A stretch of DNA of 64,000 nt, taken from positions 768,001 to 832,000 of the forward strand of contig CBDBHR010000030.1 in the NCBI GenBank assembly GCA_965205865.1. The letters run 5' to 3'. Shown here one piece after another: positions 43,045-54,178 of the stretch. Position 1 is the stretch's first letter, and each line of letters begins with the position of its first letter. The position numbers were made by a program, and so were the translations under genes. Origin of the DNA: a bacterium (GTDB lineage Bacteria; SAR324; NAC60-12). The notes under the pieces are model-generated. The model was not told the origin of the DNA. It searched no databases and worked only from the letters and a program-made list of their open reading frames with translations.

Positions 43045-44004
43045 ATGAGAGCCTATATGATCAGGCGGTTATTGCTGATCCTCCCCACCCTGTTTATCTT
43101 GAGCATCCTGGTTTTTCTTTCGGTGCGCTTTATCCCTGGCGATGTCATCGACGTCTTGGAAGGGAGAATGGAATACGCAGAATCGGGGGGGATTGACCGG
43201 GAAGCGTTGGAGCGTCGGCTGGGATTGGATGTGCCTGCCTGGGTGCAGTATGGACGCTGGATCGGCGATATTCTCCTGAACGGCTCTCTGGGCGAGTCCC
43301 TGCTGACCAGTTACGCGGTAGAGGAGGCAATCTTAGAAAGACTGCCGGTCACCCTTGAACTGGGTGTCCTGGCCATCGTCATTGGACTGGTGATCGCGCT
43401 GCCGGTGGGCATCTACTCGGCGATTCGCCAGGATACCGCCGCCGACTACCTGGGGCGCTCCCTGGCCATCATCGGCCTGGCCACGCCTAACTTCTGGCTG
43501 GGAATAATGGTCATGATCTACCCGGCCATCTGGTGGGGTTGGTCGCCCCCGCTGGAGCTGATTCCTTTCACGCAAGACCCGCTGGGGAATCTCTGGGGGT
43601 TCTTCATCCCCAGCCTGATTCTGGGAACGGCCTCGGCGGCTGCGACCATGCGGATGATGCGCACCATGATGCTGGAGGTGCTCCGGCAGGACTATATCAG
43701 GACGGCCTGGTCCAAGGGGCTCCGGGAGCGGGTCGTGGTGATCCGACACGCCATCAAAAATGCCCTCATCCCGGTGGTGACCCTGATTGGTCTGCAGTTG
43801 CCGATCCTGGTGGGGGGTGCGGTAATCATGGAGAACATCTTCAACCTGCCGGGGCTCGGTCGTCTCTTGGTCGATGCCCTCCAAACCCGAGACTACCCCA
43901 TGGTCTCCGGAGTCAACCTGTTTTTCGCCACCGGGGTGGTGCTGCTCAATCTCCTCATCGACCTGATTTATCCCTATCTGGACCCGAGGGTGCGGTATGA
44001 ATAG
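43045..44004 (+). CDS. DppB-like permease, cassette 5 (no DppC follows)
   Basis: MRAYMIRRLL, DYIRTAWSKGL, LDPRVRYE. Confidence 0.9.
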   Translation: MRAYMIRRLLLILPTLFILSILVFLSVRFIPGDVIDVLEGRMEYAESGGIDREALERRLGLDVPAWVQYGRWIGDILLNGSLGESLLTSYAVEEAILERLPVTLELGVLAIVIGLVIALPVGIYSAIRQDTAADYLGRSLAIIGLATPNFWLGIMVMIYPAIWWGWSPPLELIPFTQDPLGNLWGFFIPSLILGTASAAATMRMMRTMMLEVLRQDYIRTAWSKGLRERVVVIRHAIKNALIPVVTLIGLQLPILVGGAVIMENIFNLPGLGRLLVDALQTRDYPMVSGVNLFFATGVVLLNLLIDLIYPYLDPRVRYE

Positions 44005-44066
44005 TCATGGGAGCGAAAGGTATGAAGTGTAATGGTTCGATAGCTTGTATTCCATTCATAAATGTG

Positions 44067-44121
44067 TCATTCCGAACGAACGTGAGGAATCTTGAAGATT
44101 TCTCCCTGCGGTCGAGTTGAC
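44067..44121. repeat. GTCAT-type REP-like doublet
   Basis: GTCATTCCGAACGAACGTGAGGAATCT..AGATTTCTCCCTGCGGTCGAGTTGAC. Confidence 0.6.
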
Positions 44122-44674
44122 ACTTGGGGGTACAACCTGATGAACCATTACATCTCAATAAAATCAACGCACGCATCACAAAACGCTTCAGTTGACCACC
44201 ACCACAGCACTTCGACTCTAAATTTTTTTCTTTAAAAATTTTGTTATTCCTCAAATTTTTCTTAAATGTGGCGACAACTGAGCTGATCGTTAAACAGCCT
44301 TTGTTGCCTATTGAAATCCGGGGACAGTTACTAATTATTTGCATTGGAATCGGTCTCCATGAAATCCCAATCCTCCTGTTGGGAATGGGTTCATTCTCTC
44401 CAATGACCGGTTTGGGTCCAGGCCAGGATGGGGATCTGTATCTCAAATCCGGCTTTTTCAGACACGCCCGGAAGAAAAGTGGCGAAGGCCGCCCATCCCC
44501 GCGAGAAATCTGCCAACAAAACAAAAAATCTTTCCTGAAGTCCCTTGACACACCCCTCTTCAAGATGAGCATTCTTCGCAGATCCGCTTTGCCGGAGCGA
44601 GTCATATGGCCCATGCGAATCTGAGACGATGGCCCCATACGCCCAAACTCAGGTTTCGCCGTGGAAGGCAACCT

Positions 44675-44822
44675 CGCGATCGATTGAACAATATCGTGGG
44701 AGGGTTCCCAGCCGTTCGATTGAACAATATCGTGAAAGGACGTGCAAACGATGGATCCTCCCCGGGTATCTTTTTTCAACGTTATTTAACCAAACGAGTT
44801 CTTAAGTGACCTGAATAATTAC
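44675..44822 (+). promoter_or_regulatory. variant of the repeated leader module upstream of the phoU-like gene
   Basis: CGATTGAACAATATCGTG x2, GATGGATCCTCCCCGGG, T-run, CCTGAATAATTAC. Confidence 0.55.
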
Positions 44823-44954
44823 TATTTTCTAATGTTTTCCTAATAAATTTCCAATAATCAAGGAGTAGACTGATGGTTCGTCAATTTATTACCTTAAAGA
44901 CGCTATGCTCGCCTGTGGGCTTTTCAATGCCTTTTACCCCGATTCAAGGCCACT

Positions 44955-46043
44955 ATGAGTCACTACCAAGAAACTGCGGAAAATGATTGGGTTCAAATCA
45001 TTGGACATTTGACCGCCGTCTCTTTGCAGGTGGAGAAAGCGATTGAAGACGCAGTGGATGCCCTCATTCTCAGGAATACGGAATTGGCCTACATCACCAT
45101 CCTTGGCGACAATCCCATCAATCGGGCACTCGAAGAAATCAATCATTTGTGTTATGCGTTTATTGCCCGACATATTCCGAGAGCAGCGGATTTGCGTCGG
45201 ATTTCCTCCATTCTCCGCTTCAATGTCGAACTGGAACGTATCGGAGACTATGCGGTTACCATCTGCAGGGAGATTGCGCAGATTTCCCGCCCATTGGAGG
45301 AGAACATGATCCTCAATGTGGAACAGCTTGCCGAGGAATCCCGATGTATTTTAACCCAATCTACTACCGCATTCAGGGAAGATGATGTGGCATTAGCCAA
45401 GAAAACAATGAAACAGACACGTCAAGCAAAAGGTCATTTTGAGCAAATTTTTCAGGAACTGAGCAACACGGGAAACAGGGAAGTCTGGTCCCTGCAGGAT
45501 CTTTTTGGACTGCTGGCCATTTTCAATGCTTTGGGGCGGATTTGTGACCAATCAAAAAACATCTGTGAAGAGACGGTATTTATTGTGACCGGAGAAACGA
45601 AACAGCGGCAACCCGTGCGCGTCTTGTTTCTGGAAGAGGAATGCGCCGGCCAAAGCATGATGGCCGTATGCATTGCCCGCGATCTTTATCCACGCAGTGG
45701 AGAGTATACCTGCGCCATCAAAGCACAGGTTGGCTCACCGGATCCGCAGATTATCAAACTGCTGGATAGATACGAGTTGGATTGGCAAACCTGGCAACCG
45801 AAAACTACGGCACAGCTTCCCGCATTGGACGATTTCAACGTGATCGTCTGTCTTCAGGGACATGCCGATTCCTACCTGCCAAAGGCTCCTTTTCGTACGG
45901 TGGTGCTGGAATGGGACACGGGTCCGGTGCAGACCGCAATATCTGCAGAACACAAGCAGGTCGTTTACGAAAAAATGTACCAAGACCTTTCATTCCGCAT
46001 CCAACATCTCATGAAAATCATGCGTGGCAAGGTCAATTCTTGA
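44955..46043 (+). CDS. phoU: PhoU-family protein with C-terminal LMW-phosphatase/ArsC-like domain
   Basis: DLRRISSILRFNVELERIGDYA, LGRICDQSKNICEE; C-terminal RVLFL..QSMMA..EWD. Confidence 0.75.
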   Translation: MSHYQETAENDWVQIIGHLTAVSLQVEKAIEDAVDALILRNTELAYITILGDNPINRALEEINHLCYAFIARHIPRAADLRRISSILRFNVELERIGDYAVTICREIAQISRPLEENMILNVEQLAEESRCILTQSTTAFREDDVALAKKTMKQTRQAKGHFEQIFQELSNTGNREVWSLQDLFGLLAIFNALGRICDQSKNICEETVFIVTGETKQRQPVRVLFLEEECAGQSMMAVCIARDLYPRSGEYTCAIKAQVGSPDPQIIKLLDRYELDWQTWQPKTTAQLPALDDFNVIVCLQGHADSYLPKAPFRTVVLEWDTGPVQTAISAEHKQVVYEKMYQDLSFRIQHLMKIMRGKVNS

Positions 46044-46299
46044 GCAGGGCTTCAGAAAGTCCGGATAGGCATTTAAAAGAACCGGAATTGCTCACCCGTT
46101 AACGGTCAAACCCACCCCACAGACCATATGTTTGGTACTCCTGCCAAACAAAAAGTGACTGACTTTAACGGAAGATGTTTTGGATGAGAGATTCCATAGC
46201 GGAATTGGCGCGGATTCAGGAATTAGTAGTAAAGCAACGAGAATGGAAACAGCAGAATGACTAATTTTTCAATTGCAAAACTATCTAAACCATAAGCAC

Positions 46300-46902
46300 T
46301 CAATCCATGAGGTTGGCGCCGCCGTCTTCCAACTTGGTTGGACGCTTCCAATAGGAGTATTGTGGTGTCCAGTCCTCTTCGCCAAGACCGGCGAGAGCGA
46401 GCAGACTCCATTGTGCGCAATAAATGTCGCCGGGTCCAAAAGCGCAGGAATTCTTGCGCGCAATAGAATCACCGTCGCGTTGATAAACCACTGCGCCTGG
46501 AAAATTGTCGGAACCCTCGAGGACAGATTGCTCATGAATGTAGTCCCCACCACCATGCGAAGCGAGAGAAAATCGCCAACCGCGGGAGTTAGCAAAACGA
46601 CGCTGAACTTCAGGTGAATCCTTCGAGAGCAAGACCACCGACAGAGCCGACTCCAGATGTGACAGCAAACCGTTGAAACCGTCCGCCCACAAGGTGCAGT
46701 AGCGGCATCCCTGGCCCATGTTGTGAATGGCGAGAAGCTTGTCCCGTTCGCCAAACAAGTCGCGTAGTGTCGTCTCGCCGGTTTGTGTCGAGAAGGTATA
46801 ATTTGGTACTGGTGTTCCCGCGCTCTTTTTGCGTAACGCGTTGAGCTCCGCTGTCAACTCACCAATCTTTCGTTCAAGCTCTATGATTTTCTGATGCGAC
46901 AT
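46300..46902 (-). CDS. DUF899 thioredoxin-like protein
   Basis: YTF..GETTLRDLFG, GCRYCTLWADG, RGWRF. Confidence 0.75.
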   Translation of the reverse strand: MSHQKIIELERKIGELTAELNALRKKSAGTPVPNYTFSTQTGETTLRDLFGERDKLLAIHNMGQGCRYCTLWADGFNGLLSHLESALSVVLLSKDSPEVQRRFANSRGWRFSLASHGGGDYIHEQSVLEGSDNFPGAVVYQRDGDSIARKNSCAFGPGDIYCAQWSLLALAGLGEEDWTPQYSYWKRPTKLEDGGANLMD

Positions 46903-47086
46903 AGTTGTCTCCTTTTTTGTATGATCCAAAATTCCTATCTTTTATTTTGTAAAGTACACTATGATATTATCAGCCTGCAAACTTGCGCAAGAGAATAATT
47001 AAAGGTTGCTCTGGGGACATCGTTTTGTTTTAAATGTGTTTGAGGGGGTCGCTTCCCGTGAAATGGTAAGCGGTCTCGGCTGGAGA

Positions 47087-48324
47087 TCAATTTTCCAAAT
47101 ACGATACAAGACGGGTATACGCCTGATTCAGGTTGCGGAAAAATTCGGGACTGCCTCCCTGATCAGGATGATGGGCTTTGGCCAATTTTCGGAAAGCAGA
47201 GCGGATTTCATCGATATTGTTTGTTTCCTGCAACCCGAGCATTTGGTAACAAGTATAAATTGAGGCGAGAGGAGCGTCGTATTGGGGAGACCGTTGCGCT
47301 TTTTGAAATCGATGACGAGCGCGTTGTTTCAAAGAGTATTTCCACTCTTCCGGACTTTGATACATTCCACAAGATTTTGCGTGAGCCGAGATTTTCTGTT
47401 TTAGTTGTTGATACAAACGGTCCCATTCCCAATGACTCTTCCGGACGACAAAATTTTGCGTGAGCCGAGATTTTCTGTTTTAGTTGTTGATAAACGGTCC
47501 CATTCCCAATGACCTTCGAAAAAACCAGGGAAACGCTGTTGCAGTTGGGATTTGAAGGGACGCTGCGATTGGATCATGGAACAAAGACGTTTTGCCGCGG
47601 ATTTTCGCAAGAAGGGGTTCTCAAAACTGTTGGCAATCTGCTGCTGTTCCTGACAACTGAGTTGAGTGATCGGTTCCAGCAGTTCACGAATGGTTTTACT
47701 GGATGCTTGATGGGGGAGCTTTGCTTCAATCAAGGCTTCGAGCTTTTGCTGGGGCAGGGAGAACTGCTGGATCTTTTTGCAGAAACAGCGATGGACTCCC
47801 TGTTGCAATTGGTGGTGGTGGTTCACACTGAAAATTAAGCCGGATGCCGTAATTTTTTCAATATCGACCTGCATGCGTCTCAAGAGGGCTTCGATCTCTC
47901 TGGGATTATTATCCAGTATGGCGTCCAAGTCAATCAAGCGATTTTGATCGGACTCTGGCAATGTCAGTTTCCATTCGGCCAACACTCCGATCCATTCACG
48001 GATATCCATTTTGGTTTTCAGGTTGGCAAGTGTAAGGGGTTGTTGCTGTTGCCGCAGTTGTTTGAGAACTCGCCAAACTTGAAGAGTGTGACTAATGGTT
48101 TTTTGTTTGTGACGCGAGGCTAAAACCAGATGCTCTTCCCGCCATTCCAAGACCCCTTTTTCAACCAGCTTCTTGATGGTTTGTACGAAAGAGTCGTAAC
48201 GAGAACGATATTTTTTTTTCTCCTCGAGAACCCCCTCCAGTGCTTCAAACAGGACTCTTTTTTCCAATATCTCCTGCTCTCGTACAATGCCTATGATGGC
48301 TTGTTGTTTTTTACTCAGTCTCAT
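47087..48324 (-). pseudogene. protein with C-terminal DnaJ domain, split by an imperfect internal duplication
   Basis: YQMLGL..IRSAFRKLAKAHHPDQGG; duplicated segments 47374-47436 and 47453-47513. Confidence 0.75.
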
Positions 48325-48340
48325 TTTGCCTTCGTACTAC

Positions 48341-48778
48341 TTATTGATCAGCAACCCGAGTGCCCCTACAAGCTGATTGCTCCCCGGAATGAACCACACA
48401 GGTAGCGTCGATTCCTCCCCGGGTATTGTATCGCGTTTTGACAATCAGTTGTTGAGGTTGAAGCAATTTATGCAAATCCTTGAAAATACGGGCGGTCGCA
48501 TCTTCCTGATAAATGCCAACTTGACGGTAGGTTTGAAAATAATATTTCAGAGACTTGAGTTCCACAATAAGACCCTGGGGGATATACTTGACCCAGACTA
48601 TCCCGTAGTCAGGCAATCCCGAAAACGGACAGACGGCTGAAAACTCTTTGAATTTGTAAGACACTCGTTGGCGTGGTCCCTGGTAGGGAAAGGTTTGCAA
48701 CAACTGTAAGTCAATCGTGTTCTCTTTCAAGAAGTCGAATGTTTTCCCTTCCGCATAGGTGTTCGTTTCAAAATCCAT
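48341..48778 (-). CDS. queF: preQ1 synthase (7-cyano-7-deazaguanine reductase, type 1)
   Basis: EFSAVCPFSGLPD, VELKSLKYY, TRGGI. Confidence 0.9.
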   Translation of the reverse strand: MDFETNTYAEGKTFDFLKENTIDLQLLQTFPYQGPRQRVSYKFKEFSAVCPFSGLPDYGIVWVKYIPQGLIVELKSLKYYFQTYRQVGIYQEDATARIFKDLHKLLQPQQLIVKTRYNTRGGIDATCVVHSGEQSACRGTRVADQ

Positions 48779-48816
48779 ATTGCCTCTATCAAGATAAATC
48801 ATCCGGTTCATATCTC

Positions 48817-49599
48817 TCAATTTCCCATGATGCTGTAGCCACAATCGACATAAATAGTCTGCCCGGTAATGCCGGAGGAGAGGTTACTGCAAAGGAATGC
48901 AGCGGTTTGTGCCACTTCCGTCTGAGAGACATTGCGCCGGAGCGCCGAATGCTCCGCAACTCCCTGCAGGAGTGTTGAAAAATTTTTGATACCTAATGCA
49001 GAAAGCGTGCGAATGGGTCCTGCTGAAATAGCGTTGACTCGGATATTGTCAGGACCCATTTCCCGGGCAAGGTATCGGACGGACGATTCCAATGCCGCTT
49101 TGGCAGGTCCCATGACATTGTAACTTGGTACTGCAAGCACCGCGCCGATATAGGTCATTGAAATAATACTGCCTCCCCCTTGTTCACGCATCAAAGGCGC
49201 CACTCCGGCACTCAAGGCCAAAAGGGAATACGCGCTCACTTCCTGGGCTTTGAGAAATCCTTCCCGGCTGGTCCGGGCAAAAGATCCCCCTAAATCTTCT
49301 TGAGAGGCATAGGCCAGACTGTGCACGAGAAAATCGACTCCTCCCCAACTTTGGGATAAAGTATCGATCAAGGAAGTAATAGCGCTTTCCTGCTGAACAT
49401 CACATGGATGTATGATTGATGCTCCGACTTGTTCTCCCAAAGAACGGACGTTTTTTTCAAAGCGTCCTTTGGGGTCTTCGAGGTAAGTCAGTGCCAATTC
49501 CGCACCACATTGATGCAAGCATCCGGCAATGGACCAGGCAATACTTTTGGAATTTCCAACGCCCAGGACCACTCCTTTTTTCCCACTGAAATCGATCAT
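48817..49599 (-). CDS. fabI: enoyl-ACP reductase
   Basis: GVGNSKSIAW, YNVMGPAKAALE, RVNAISAGPIRTL. Confidence 0.95.
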   Translation of the reverse strand: MIDFSGKKGVVLGVGNSKSIAWSIAGCLHQCGAELALTYLEDPKGRFEKNVRSLGEQVGASIIHPCDVQQESAITSLIDTLSQSWGGVDFLVHSLAYASQEDLGGSFARTSREGFLKAQEVSAYSLLALSAGVAPLMREQGGGSIISMTYIGAVLAVPSYNVMGPAKAALESSVRYLAREMGPDNIRVNAISAGPIRTLSALGIKNFSTLLQGVAEHSALRRNVSQTEVAQTAAFLCSNLSSGITGQTIYVDCGYSIMGN

Positions 49600-49790
49600 A
49601 ATTTTCCTTCTTGGCAAGAAAGTGTTGATAGTAGCAATCCGGAGGTATGCAGTCAGACTGAAATCCGGATTCCCGCTCCCCGCTTTCGCGGGGACAAGTT
49701 TCGCGAGGATGACGTATACACTAGGATACTCAAATTATTGAAGATTTATGTCGAACTCAGGTTAGTTTTTTAATTTTTCAATTGCAAAAA

Positions 49791-50711
49791 CTAGCTTCTT
49801 AAAAATTTACCAATGACATCTCCCATCCGCAATGGCTGTCCGATTGCCAATGCGTTCCATTGGATTTGTCCGGGTTTGAAGCAGCATATTACGGTCGAAC
49901 CCAATTCAAAAACACCCAATTCATCTCCTTTTCCGATCAGATAGGGAGGGTTCAAGGCTACCTCCGTGCGTTTTGCGCGAAATTCATTGGTTTTCATGGA
50001 GTGATAAACAAGCTTGATTTTACCAACAACGTTGGCGCCAATTTTCACAACTGCGCATTCTCCTTGTTGGGTTTCCAGATAGGATACAATGCGTTCGTTT
50101 CGCGCAAAAAGATTACGCACACCGTTTACTCCGATGGGACTGACCGTCCAGAGGAGGCCAGGAATGTGGATACAATAGCGAACGCTACCAAAAACCGGAC
50201 TGTGAATGCGATGATAATGATAAGGTGCCAGATAAATCGTGATGTATTGTCCCTCCATGTATTCCCTGGCTCTGGAAGGATCATCCAACAAATCGGCGAT
50301 GGTATAATCCATGCCTTTAGCCTGTATCAAATGTCCGCCTTTGATGGTGCCAAATTGGCCCACGATGCCATCAACCGGGCTGATGATCGTCTCGGGTTTT
50401 GAATCGACGGGACGGGAACCTGGTTTCAAACGCCTCGTGAAAAACGCATTGAAGGTGGAGTATGCCCATACAGGTTCGACGGCTTCCGACATGTTCACTT
50501 GAAAAAACCGGATAAAAAGCTCGATCAAGGGATGGAGTACTAATGGTGGCAAATGACGTTCGGCAACGTTCCCGCAAAATCGGCTGAAAAGGTTCTTGGG
50601 CAAGATCAGGAGGCAGTAAAATTTCAGTCGAAATCGTTTGCCAAGCGTGCCTATTCGTCGAAGTGACGGTCTCCCGACGCGACGTTCCGTGCTGGAAGAA
50701 GGATTGCTCAT
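49791..50711 (-). CDS. psd: phosphatidylserine decarboxylase
   Basis: FNAFFTRRLK, SPVDG, YLAPYHYHRIHSP, NER, FELGST cleavage motif. Confidence 0.92.
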   Translation of the reverse strand: MSNPSSSTERRVGRPSLRRIGTLGKRFRLKFYCLLILPKNLFSRFCGNVAERHLPPLVLHPLIELFIRFFQVNMSEAVEPVWAYSTFNAFFTRRLKPGSRPVDSKPETIISPVDGIVGQFGTIKGGHLIQAKGMDYTIADLLDDPSRAREYMEGQYITIYLAPYHYHRIHSPVFGSVRYCIHIPGLLWTVSPIGVNGVRNLFARNERIVSYLETQQGECAVVKIGANVVGKIKLVYHSMKTNEFRAKRTEVALNPPYLIGKGDELGVFELGSTVICCFKPGQIQWNALAIGQPLRMGDVIGKFLRS

Positions 50712-50754
50712 CGTATGGCCACAGGGAGGAGGGTGGGGTTTCAAATGCGGCTTC

Positions 50755-52563
50755 TCAGGTATTTTCCCCATATTGACGGATTGCGAGCAAGGACTGAATT
50801 TGCGGGCCATCAATGGTTTCCTCTTCCATCAGAATCTTGGCCATTTTATGCAACACTTCTATATGGTCGGTAAGGATTTTTTTTGCCTTTTGATAATGAG
50901 ATTTGAGCATTTTTCGCATTTCCCGATCCACTTGAGAAGCTGTCTTTTCTCCATATTCCCGCTCTTTGCCAAAATCTCTGCCAAATACATGTTGCTGCGT
51001 ATCATCCACCAAGGCAATCGGACCAATAGTCTCGTTCATTCCATAACGACAAATCATGTCACGAACAGTATTGGTGGCCTGTTGGATATCGTTACTGGCA
51101 CCGGTGGTGACTTCATTGAATATGATTTCTTCAGCGGCACGGCCTCCCATGGCAATCGTGACACGCCCTGCCAGATATTCCATGTCAAAAGCACGATTGT
51201 CATTCTCCGGTAAAAAGGACGTCATGCCCAGGGCTCGTCCCCGCGGGACAATGGTCACCTTATGCACAGGATCGGCGCTGTCGGTCAGTATGGCCACCAG
51301 CGCGTGTCCCGCTTCATGATATGCCGTGCTCAATTTTTCTTTTTCAGACATGACCATAGAAGAGCGCTCTGGCCCCATCAGCACCCGGTCCCGGGCTTTT
51401 TCAAAATCGGCCAGGGCCACCGTCTTTCTGTTTTTTCTAGCAGCGCCCAATGCGGATTCATTGACTAAATTCTTTAGATCCGCACCTGAAAACCCGGGAG
51501 TGCCCCTGGCAATCAGACTCAAGTCCACTCCTTCAGTCAAAGTGATTTTTCTGGAGTGAATTTTTAAAATCTCTTCCCTTCCCTTCACGTCAGGCAACGA
51601 GACATGAATTTGGCGGTCAAATCTTCCCGGACGCAATAAGGCAGGATCAAGCACATCCGGTCGGTTAGTGGCCGCAATGACTATGATCCCCTCCATGGAA
51701 TCAAAACCATCCATTTCCACCAGCAATTGATTGAGAGTTTGTTCGCGTTCGTCATTTCCGCTTCCCAATCCGGAGCCCCGGCTTCTTCCTACAGCATCGA
51801 TCTCGTCAATAAAGAGGATACAAGGCGCATCTTTGCGCCCTTCTTCGAACAAATCGCGAACCCGGCTGGCTCCAACTCCGACAAACATTTCAACAAAATC
51901 AGAACCGCTGATACTGAAAAATGGCACTTCCGCTTCCCCGGCGACCGCCTTGGCCAATAAGGTTTTTCCGGTCCCCGGAGGGCCTGACATGAGCACTCCT
52001 TTGGGAATCCGTCCCCCCAGCTTTCTAAACTTGGCAGGGTCTCTCAGAAAATCGATGATTTCCACCAATTCGTCCTTGCTTTCTTCGACCCCTGCGACAT
52101 CCTGGAAGGTGATTTTTCGTTTGCTGGGGTCAATTCGCTGGGCCCGGCTTTTTCCCAGTGAAAACAAGCGTCCGGCAGGCCCTTGCATGCGACGCATCAA
52201 CAGAATCCAGATGGCAAATATGAAGATAAGGGGTCCCCAATGGATCAGTAGGTTCAGATACCATGGTATGCCCGCTTCCGGCACTGAAGAAACCTGGACT
52301 TTATGCTCGCGGAGTAAATTTACCAAATTTGGATTATGCGGAGGAATATTGGTTTGATAGATGCTGCCATCCAAGTATTCGCCTTCGATCGAAGAGTTTC
52401 CAACAATCGTTGCGGTGACAACATTCCCTTCACGAACCTGATGGACAAAATCGCTGTATTTCAAACTGCGAACGTCTGAACTCTGCGAACTACTGAAGAT
52501 ATTCATCAGTAAAACCGCCAAAACCAGAATGCTGAAAATTATCAGGACATTTTCGCTTTTCAA
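50755..52563 (-). CDS. ftsH: ATP-dependent zinc metalloprotease FtsH
   Basis: two TM segments, [26 protein letters not shown]. Confidence 0.97.
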   Translation of the reverse strand: MKSENVLIIFSILVLAVLLMNIFSSSQSSDVRSLKYSDFVHQVREGNVVTATIVGNSSIEGEYLDGSIYQTNIPPHNPNLVNLLREHKVQVSSVPEAGIPWYLNLLIHWGPLIFIFAIWILLMRRMQGPAGRLFSLGKSRAQRIDPSKRKITFQDVAGVEESKDELVEIIDFLRDPAKFRKLGGRIPKGVLMSGPPGTGKTLLAKAVAGEAEVPFFSISGSDFVEMFVGVGASRVRDLFEEGRKDAPCILFIDEIDAVGRSRGSGLGSGNDEREQTLNQLLVEMDGFDSMEGIIVIAATNRPDVLDPALLRPGRFDRQIHVSLPDVKGREEILKIHSRKITLTEGVDLSLIARGTPGFSGADLKNLVNESALGAARKNRKTVALADFEKARDRVLMGPERSSMVMSEKEKLSTAYHEAGHALVAILTDSADPVHKVTIVPRGRALGMTSFLPENDNRAFDMEYLAGRVTIAMGGRAAEEIIFNEVTTGASNDIQQATNTVRDMICRYGMNETIGPIALVDDTQQHVFGRDFGKEREYGEKTASQVDREMRKMLKSHYQKAKKILTDHIEVLHKMAKILMEEETIDGPQIQSLLAIRQYGENT

Positions 52564-52956
52564 TACTCTACCTCCTTGATGGCCCGCAAAAGACCTGACA
52601 TATTTCCAGGTCGTCCCTTTGCATGAGTATGAATTCTACCATTACTCAAATGAATTTTCCAGAGATTTTGATAAAAGGAAAAAGGTTCAATTCGAAACTC
52701 CTTAGTCATGCGTATCAATAGCTGCTGAACCAGATTGTCGACGACGAGTCGGGAAAGGTGATTCTTTGGTTCTCTCGAAGTGCGATCCTGCTTGCTTCAT
52801 CTTACCAACTCCTGCTATATTACTCAAAAATAGAGGGACCGCGCCAGCCTTTATTCTGTGGGCAAGAGTTCCATTCTACCTTTTTAGTGGGCAAGACGCG
52901 CGCACTACTTTGGGGGAGAATTTCTCTACTTGTATATAAACCACTTCCAGACTATC

Positions 52957-53811
52957 ATGCAGGCAAAATTTTTATTCGTGGGTCCAAAAAGTAGTTGGAA
53001 AATCAGCAGAACCCGTCTTGTGGTCCTTAGTACATTTGCAAGCGGACTTTTAGCCCTTCTCATCGCGATTTCGATTTTTCAATTTTTTTCCTATCGTACT
53101 CTGGTTGCCGAACTGCGAATCACCTACGAAAATCAAATGACGACCAATCAGCAGTTGAGAAGCAATTTAAAGGAATTGGAGGAGGAGCAACTTGTTTTGG
53201 AGCGGCAGGTCGATCAAAAAAAATTTCTCCTTGCAGTGACAAAAAAACCCGATTCCATTAAAAAAAAAGAAGATGAATCTGCTCTACAAACAAAAGAAAA
53301 AGAACTCCTCCAGGAAATTACGGACTTGCAAAATACCTTGAATGCTCGGGCAAACCGTATTGTTGAACTAGAAGCGCAGAACAAACAATCTCAGGGCACA
53401 ATCCAGGAACTCTTCCAAAAAATTCCCCTGGTCAAAAGGCAGGTTCTGTCGCAGTCCACAACAACCCCTTTCGCAAGTATTCCTTCTCGGACAATCCCTC
53501 CACTGGATTTGATGATCGATCAATTCCGCATGACGGTCAAAAAAAATTCGATTGAGGTTCAGTTCAATATAAGAAACACGGGAAATAAGACCCAAGCTGG
53601 TCTCGTCATCGTCCGTGCACTTCGCCAAGAAGAACTCGGAGAGGAAATTCCATTCAATCGCAGTCAATCAATGCGCTTTGTCATCAAGCGATATCGCCCC
53701 TTCTCGAAAACATTTAAGCAATCATCAACAAATCCATATATCGCCCTGAGGTTGATCGTTTGGGATCTCAATGAAAATAGGCTGCTGGAAGAGCATTACG
53801 CGGTGGAATGA
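52957..53811 (+). CDS. membrane-anchored coiled-coil hypothetical protein
   Basis: N-terminal TM helix, heptad region, beta-rich C-terminus. Confidence 0.65.
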   Translation: MQAKFLFVGPKSSWKISRTRLVVLSTFASGLLALLIAISIFQFFSYRTLVAELRITYENQMTTNQQLRSNLKELEEEQLVLERQVDQKKFLLAVTKKPDSIKKKEDESALQTKEKELLQEITDLQNTLNARANRIVELEAQNKQSQGTIQELFQKIPLVKRQVLSQSTTTPFASIPSRTIPPLDLMIDQFRMTVKKNSIEVQFNIRNTGNKTQAGLVIVRALRQEELGEEIPFNRSQSMRFVIKRYRPFSKTFKQSSTNPYIALRLIVWDLNENRLLEEHYAVE

Positions 53812-53877
53812 GGAAGGTTTCTCGTCAAAATGAGGAAGGTTTCTCGTCAAAGTGATAAGCAGATTCAAGACGATTCA

Positions 53878-54171
53878 CTACCGAAACTCCTCGATGATGG
53901 TGCGTTCGATAGGAATTTGGACATAACCAACCTCTTCGCTCCAAAAAAAATAATAGCCCAATACTCTACCACTATCATCTTTGCCGGTTGTGATTTTTCC
54001 ATCCCGTACCAACCAGGTTTTGACTATTTTCCCTTCGTCAATGTATGAAACTTTTAAGTCTTTACCGAGGATATTGTCTGCTTGGCGAAATATCCGATTC
54101 CTTGATTCTTCAGTACATCCGACGAGAGAAAAGAATCCAAGGACCAGCAAAAAATAACTTGACTTTTTCAT
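53878..54171 (-). CDS. small hypothetical lipoprotein
   Basis: RBS AAGGA, MKKSSYFLLVLGFFSLVGC lipobox. Confidence 0.65.
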   Translation of the reverse strand: MKKSSYFLLVLGFFSLVGCTEESRNRIFRQADNILGKDLKVSYIDEGKIVKTWLVRDGKITTGKDDSGRVLGYYFFWSEEVGYVQIPIERTIIEEFR

Positions 54172-54178
54172 GTTTCCT

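Noticed and set aside
43955-44779. 274-aa ORF
   Set aside because: Spans REP, IS-end and leader-module sequences with no protein motif
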